The position numbers were made by a program, and so were the translations under genes. Of a DNA stretch of 64,000 nt, positions 59,271 through 64,000 are shown in pieces. Source of the stretch: Methanobacteriota archaeon (GTDB lineage: Archaea > Thermoplasmatota > Poseidoniia > Poseidoniales > Thalassarchaeaceae); contig PBMR01000019.1 of the NCBI GenBank assembly GCA_002722735.1, positions 4,746 through 68,745 of the forward strand, in the 5' to 3' direction. Each line of letters begins with the position of its first letter. The stretch's first letter is position 1. The notes under the pieces are model-generated. The model saw nothing but the letters and a program-made list of their open reading frames with translations, was not told the origin of the DNA and did not search any database.

Positions 59271-60461
59271 GTGCTTCGAATCGAGGCGATTGAGGTCCCT
59301 GAAACAGTTCTCTGGAGGCTGCCCCCGTCCAAGAGTCACATGATCAGATGGCTTGTCCTCGCTGCACAGTCCAATGGCATCACTGAATTGGTCTTCGAGG
59401 GAGTGCCCGGCGAGGATATTGGCTCGATGGCAAGTTGCTTGGAGATGATGGGTGTCGAGATAGGTCGAGGAGAGGGGTCGTGGATAGTCAGGGGAGCAGA
59501 GGGCGGACTTTCCATTCCGGATAGGGATTTAGATTGCGGCAACTCGGGGACGACAGCACGCATTGTAACGGCCATAGCGGCTGGGATGCACCTGCCCGTT
59601 TCCATTGATGGTGACGATTCTCTAAGGGTTCGTAATGGGTCCGATTTAGCCTCAGTGCTGACCGGATTGGGTTGCCGGATTACATCAGAGAGGCTGCCTT
59701 GCACGGTTACTGGCCCAATTCAGCCCGGATGGGCGGAACTTGACCAATCATCGTCCAGCCAACCGCTGACAGCCCTTCTGCTCGCCTCACCAGGTTACCC
59801 AAGAGGGGCGGGAGTACAACTTACAGGAGAGTCGGTTAGTCGTGGATACAGTCGCCTGACAATCGAGATTTGTGAGGCGTGCGGCTCGATGGACATCCCT
59901 GATGGGGGGTCCCTTCGACTAGAGCCTTGGAGGGTTATGACACCGGACAGAGTGGTGATTCCCGGTGAGGCGAGCCTCGTGCCGATGTCCATGCTCTACG
60001 ATCGTCTCTTCGGTACCAAGTCCAACGTCGGCATCCCCTCGGGGGACCCTCTGATGGCCGAGGCAATAGAGAGGATAGGGGGCATGGAGGGGGGCATGGT
60101 CAATCTGCGAGATGCCAGCGATATCATCAGCCCTGCTGCCGCACTGATGGCAATCGAAGGTGGTGGAACCATCACCGGTGTGAGGCACGCTCGTGGAAAG
60201 GAGTCGGATCGAATTGGCAGGACAGTCGGGATGCTGGCCGATTTCGGCATGACCTCAAGGTCAACTGATGATGGCATCGAGATTCCGGGCGGACAGGTCC
60301 CCTCGAGACCGAAGAGGCCCGTAGAGACGCATTGTGATCATCGTCTAGCAATGACGGCCATGGTACTCGCCTGCAAGGTCGGAGGGAAAATCGTCAACCC
60401 CCATATCTGCGCCATCACCGACCCCGAGTTCATCGAGAGATTGACGAGGTTGGACGAGTAG
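59271..60461 (+). CDS. aroA: EPSP synthase
   Basis: PPSKSH..R, DCGNSGTTAR, GD.SLR.R, SSSQ, R.KESDRI, DHRLAM. Confidence 0.88.
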   Translation: MLRIEAIEVPETVLWRLPPSKSHMIRWLVLAAQSNGITELVFEGVPGEDIGSMASCLEMMGVEIGRGEGSWIVRGAEGGLSIPDRDLDCGNSGTTARIVTAIAAGMHLPVSIDGDDSLRVRNGSDLASVLTGLGCRITSERLPCTVTGPIQPGWAELDQSSSSQPLTALLLASPGYPRGAGVQLTGESVSRGYSRLTIEICEACGSMDIPDGGSLRLEPWRVMTPDRVVIPGEASLVPMSMLYDRLFGTKSNVGIPSGDPLMAEAIERIGGMEGGMVNLRDASDIISPAAALMAIEGGGTITGVRHARGKESDRIGRTVGMLADFGMTSRSTDDGIEIPGGQVPSRPKRPVETHCDHRLAMTAMVLACKVGGKIVNPHICAITDPEFIERLTRLDE

Positions 60462-60462
60462 C

Positions 60463-61431
60463 ATGTCGAAGAGTGAGGAGAGCCTCGTTACCCACTTGCT
60501 TCTATTGATGGTAGTCATAATCTGGGGTTCTTCGTGGGCCGTGGGTAGGATCCTCAGCAGTGGGCTGGACTCGGAGAGACCAGCCACCCTTGATCCTGCT
60601 ACTGCGGCTTGGCTGAGGTATGCCGTGGTGGTGGTAATGTTCTTCGCGTGGTGTACATACAAGTCATTGAGTGGAGGCAGGATCAGAGCCCTGCCACCCG
60701 ACCGCATCACTTGGGTGTCGGTACTCTGGATCGGCTTCTTCGGAGTCATGATCTACCAACTTCTATTCATGCACGGAATGAAGTGGACTGCAGCGGGGGA
60801 CGCTTCACTAATCATCCCAATCAACCCAGTCTTCACAGCCCTCCTAGCAGCACCGATGCTCGGACAGCCCATTTCTAGGAAAATGGCTCTAGGACTGCTG
60901 CTGGGAATGGCCGGTGTGACTGCGGTCGTTGGATGGAGTCCCAACGTGGACATACCATTCAAGCATCGTATCGTAGGAGACGCTATGATAATGCTCGCAG
61001 CCCTGTCTTGGGCAACGACTAGCAACCTCACCAAACGCATTATGGAGAGGAGGGGGGGTGAGGCAGAGGCTTCGGCCCTCGAGATAGTAATTTGGTACTC
61101 GTTCGTCGGCTGGTTGATGCTGACGCCGTGGATGCTGTACGAGCTCTGGGGCTCGCCGCTTCCCGCGCCCACCGTCGTCGAGTGGGTCTCAATCGTCTAC
61201 CTCGGTGCCTTCTCCACCGTCCTCGCCTACGTCTGGTTCGCGATTGGTATAGAGAGGCTCGGTCCGACGGCTGCGGCCTCGTATGTATTTCTGGTTCCGG
61301 TATTCGGCGTTATGACCGGTTGGGGTCTTCTAGGCGAGCGCATCGGAGCCTCTATGCTGGTGGGCTTCGCGCTCATTGTGGTCGGGGTCCGCGAGGTCCA
61401 GCGCGAAAGTGAGAGGCTGGAGGCTGGTTGA
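60463..61431 (+). CDS. EamA/DMT family transporter
   Basis: IIWGSSW, about 10 TM, two EamA repeats, LVPVFG...LLGE. Confidence 0.9.
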   Translation: MSKSEESLVTHLLLLMVVIIWGSSWAVGRILSSGLDSERPATLDPATAAWLRYAVVVVMFFAWCTYKSLSGGRIRALPPDRITWVSVLWIGFFGVMIYQLLFMHGMKWTAAGDASLIIPINPVFTALLAAPMLGQPISRKMALGLLLGMAGVTAVVGWSPNVDIPFKHRIVGDAMIMLAALSWATTSNLTKRIMERRGGEAEASALEIVIWYSFVGWLMLTPWMLYELWGSPLPAPTVVEWVSIVYLGAFSTVLAYVWFAIGIERLGPTAAASYVFLVPVFGVMTGWGLLGERIGASMLVGFALIVVGVREVQRESERLEAG

Positions 61432-61497
61432 AGGGCGCTCTGGTGTTGCCTCACGATTATATACGGAGTGTCAGTGGGCCGCCAACGAGGTGTTTGG

Positions 61498-62037
61498 ATG
61501 GCGCGCAAGCCTGCAAAGATGTACCGGCAAATCAAGGGACAGTCATTCACTCGTCGAGAGTATTCCGGGGGCGTTCCGAACAATAGGATACTACGCTACC
61601 ACATGGGAAATAGGAAGAAGGCCGAGGCAGGCGAGTTCGAGATAGTTTTGGAGTTGTATGCCGACAACGCATGCCAGATTCGTGACTCGGCTCTGGAGTC
61701 AGCAAGGCAGGTAGCCAACGCGACCATCAGGGATAGTGCCACTGGTCAAGGATATGCACTCAGAATGCACACCTACCCCCACCAAATTCTCAGGGAGAAC
61801 AAGCAGGCTACCGGCGCAGGAGCTGACAGGGTGTCCCAGGGAATGCGCCTCTCCTATGGGAAGAACGTAGGAACGGCAGCTAGGGTCCAGAAAGGCCAGA
61901 CGCTGATCTCCATCAAAACTGATCGCGAGCATTATCCTGCCGCCCGTGAGGCCCTGCGCAAGGCCGGCTGTAAATTCCCAACGCCGTGCACAGCCAAGGT
62001 CGTAGAGGGAGCCGAGCATTTGAAGGGTCTAGTCTGA
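61498..62037 (+). CDS. rpl10e: 50S ribosomal protein L10e (uL16)
   Basis: MARKPAKMYR, YSGGVP, ALESAR, YPHQILRENK.ATGAGADR.S.GMR, KFP. Confidence 0.97.
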   Translation: MARKPAKMYRQIKGQSFTRREYSGGVPNNRILRYHMGNRKKAEAGEFEIVLELYADNACQIRDSALESARQVANATIRDSATGQGYALRMHTYPHQILRENKQATGAGADRVSQGMRLSYGKNVGTAARVQKGQTLISIKTDREHYPAAREALRKAGCKFPTPCTAKVVEGAEHLKGLV

Positions 62038-62049
62038 GGTTGAGGGGCA

Positions 62050-62628
62050 ATGTCGCCCTCTGACCCGCTGACTGTCCTGGAAGATTCGCTACGAGGCGCA
62101 CCAATCATCTGGAAGGGTGATTACCCATACTTCATCCACCCAATCTCAGATGGGATTCCCCGTATGGATGCCGATGTATTGCGAGCTACCAGTGACTTGA
62201 TAGTGGAGATGGTCAATTGGTCCGAGATTGACCTCATAGTCAGCGTCGAAGCGATGGGGCTGCCTCTACTGGCAGCGGTCGGGGGTGCGACTGGCAAGCC
62301 AACAGTGGTCATTCGAAAGCGATCCTACGGCATGGATGGTGAAGTCCGCGTTGACGTCTCCACTGGATACTCGCAATCAACCGCATACATCAATGACATA
62401 AAGGCAGGGGAGAGGCTCCTTGTCGTCGATGACGTCATATCCACAGGAGGTACTCTAGAACCGCTGCTGGAAGCCTTGGAGGGCATGGGGGCGATACTAC
62501 AGAACATCATTGTGGCCATCGAGAAGGGTGAGGGTTGCGAACGACTTGCACGGGAGCGCCCGAACTGGCCCATTAGCACACTAGCTAAAATCGACATCAT
62601 TGACGGGAAGGTCGAGATAGTCGAGTGA
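62050..62628 (+). CDS. hpt: Archaeal purine phosphoribosyltransferase (Hpt/Apt)
   Basis: YFIHPISDGIP, EAMGLP, IRKR.YG, VVDDVISTGGT. Confidence 0.88.
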   Translation: MSPSDPLTVLEDSLRGAPIIWKGDYPYFIHPISDGIPRMDADVLRATSDLIVEMVNWSEIDLIVSVEAMGLPLLAAVGGATGKPTVVIRKRSYGMDGEVRVDVSTGYSQSTAYINDIKAGERLLVVDDVISTGGTLEPLLEALEGMGAILQNIIVAIEKGEGCERLARERPNWPISTLAKIDIIDGKVEIVE

Positions 62629-63743
62629 TTGCAATGGACCTAGAGCGCCATAATTTCCAACTCGATGAACTGGTTGAGCGAATCAAGGCCAACGACAACC
62701 GGCTGGTAGCCCTCCAGGTGCCCGAGGGGCTCAAGATGCAGGCCTTGGGGATGATGGACTCCATAGAGGAAGAGTCTGGCGCGAAGGTTATTCTGGCTGC
62801 AGATCCCTGCTATGGCGCCTGCGATCTGGTCCACGACAAGATGCGGATGATGGGGGTCGAACTGGTGGCCCACATGGGCCACAGCCAGATGAACATCGAC
62901 TCCGGAATGCCCACTCACTTCATCCCAGTCACCTACGACGGCACCCCCGAACTGGCTGCGGTGCTCCCGATACTAGAGGGGCACCGGACCCTAGCCCAGT
63001 CGCGCCTTGTTTCGGCCAACGAGAGGGATGAGATGAACGAGGAGGTTGCCAAGGAGAGATTCCTCGATGCAGTGGGGCGAGTGGCTCCGCTGACTGGGGC
63101 GAAGCTCGGACTGGTTGGCTCTATTCAGCACCTCCACCTGCTGGAGGATTTCATGCACAGGCTAGAAGAGTGGGGCTTCGAGGTAGAGATCCCCCTCGGA
63201 GGGGACAGGCTGGCATTCCCCGGTCAGGTGCTAGGGTGCAACTACTCGGGAGATTCCCCCTCGATAGGGCACTATCTCTTCCTCGGATCCGGGGACTTCC
63301 ATCCAATCGGCCTTGTGCTCCACACCGGCAAGCCGCTGGCCATGCTGAACCCATACACCGGAGATGCCTCCGAGATGTCCTTCGAGTGGGTCGAACGGAT
63401 ACTCAGGCAGCGCTTCGGACTCATCATGGCGGTCGACGAGGCGATTTCTTTCGGGATTCTGATTGGTGAGAAGCCCGGGCAGATGAGGAGGAATCTGGCA
63501 ATTCGAATTAAGCGCCTCTTGGAGAAGCACGACAGGAGGGGGTACATGCTGGCGCTCGACCACGTCAGCCCGGATCTAATTGACTTTTACCCAGTCGATG
63601 CATTCGTCAACACAGCTTGCCCGCGCATCGCCATAGATGATTCGAAGAGATACTCAAAGCCACTCATTACACCTTACGAACTGGAGGTCGCGCTGGGTGA
63701 GAATCAGTGGGAGAGTGGTTACCAGTTTGACGAGATTCCCTGA
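62625..63743 (+). CDS. dph2: Diphthamide biosynthesis enzyme Dph2
   Basis: LQVPEGLK, PCYGACD, GQVLGC, G.FH, KPGQ, NTACPRIA.DD, PLITPYE. Confidence 0.94.
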   Translation: MIAMDLERHNFQLDELVERIKANDNRLVALQVPEGLKMQALGMMDSIEEESGAKVILAADPCYGACDLVHDKMRMMGVELVAHMGHSQMNIDSGMPTHFIPVTYDGTPELAAVLPILEGHRTLAQSRLVSANERDEMNEEVAKERFLDAVGRVAPLTGAKLGLVGSIQHLHLLEDFMHRLEEWGFEVEIPLGGDRLAFPGQVLGCNYSGDSPSIGHYLFLGSGDFHPIGLVLHTGKPLAMLNPYTGDASEMSFEWVERILRQRFGLIMAVDEAISFGILIGEKPGQMRRNLAIRIKRLLEKHDRRGYMLALDHVSPDLIDFYPVDAFVNTACPRIAIDDSKRYSKPLITPYELEVALGENQWESGYQFDEIP

Positions 63744-63761
63744 TTCCATCATTCGGATCAG

Positions 63762-64000
63762 CTAGACCAGTGGGACGAATCTTACCGGGCAGAGGGTCTT
63801 TGTCAAAATTACGTCATCAGCATCCTTTTCCATCCTAACCAGGTGCTGGTCGCTCCTTGTTCCTATCGGGGCTACCAGAATGCCCCCCAAACTGAGTTGG
63901 TCTATCCAGGTGATTGGTGCCTCGATAGGACAGGCCGCGGAGAGCACTGCAGAGAAAGGGGCAGTTGAAGGAAGGCCTGCCCTCCCGTCGGCGCATGCTA
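63762..64000 (-). CDS. pcm: C-terminal part of protein-L-isoaspartate O-methyltransferase (partial)
   Basis: DGRAGLP..APFSAVLSAA.....P..W..QL..GG.LVAPIG....Q.L....VRFVPL. Confidence 0.8.
   Translation of the reverse strand, partial: ACADGRAGLPSTAPFSAVLSAACPIEAPITWIDQLSLGGILVAPIGTRSDQHLVRMEKDADDVILTKTLCPVRFVPLV

Overview
This window is core chromosome of an archaeon, almost certainly Marine Group II (Poseidoniales, Thermoplasmatota). That assignment is an inference. It rests on archaeal informational genes (eL37, eL42, eS27, aIF2-alpha, Nop10, PAC2, Csl4, NMD3, uL16, Dph2, archaeal TyrRS) mixed with bacterial-type genes (gyrBA, class II CCA-adding enzyme, ETF with acyl-CoA dehydrogenases, SufCBD, RmuC, M23) and giant membrane-anchored extracellular proteases. 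The window is gene-dense, with about 55 CDS and two tRNAs (Val-TAC, Ser-GCT). I saw no CRISPR array, IS element, integrase or rRNA. The most notable items are: (1) a ccmAB-fusion/ccmC/ccmD-like heme-export unit, including a 46-aa ORF missing from the ORF track, with no ccmE/ccmF in the window; (2) exosome Csl4 fused to a CxxC-x17-CxxC zinc ribbon, an RRM and an RG-rich tail; (3) a ubiquitin-like GG protein coupled to a formamidase-family hydrolase downstream of the proteasome chaperone; (4) a rhomboid and a giant subtilase in tandem, both with C-terminal zinc ribbons; (5) a GcvH-like protein lacking the lipoyl-lysine; (6) a perfect 12-bp hairpin with an alternative SD-sequestering pairing in the gyrB leader; (7) a zinc-free eL42. 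All calls come from reading motifs by eye. No database search was run, and several start codons were moved from the ORF track by inference.
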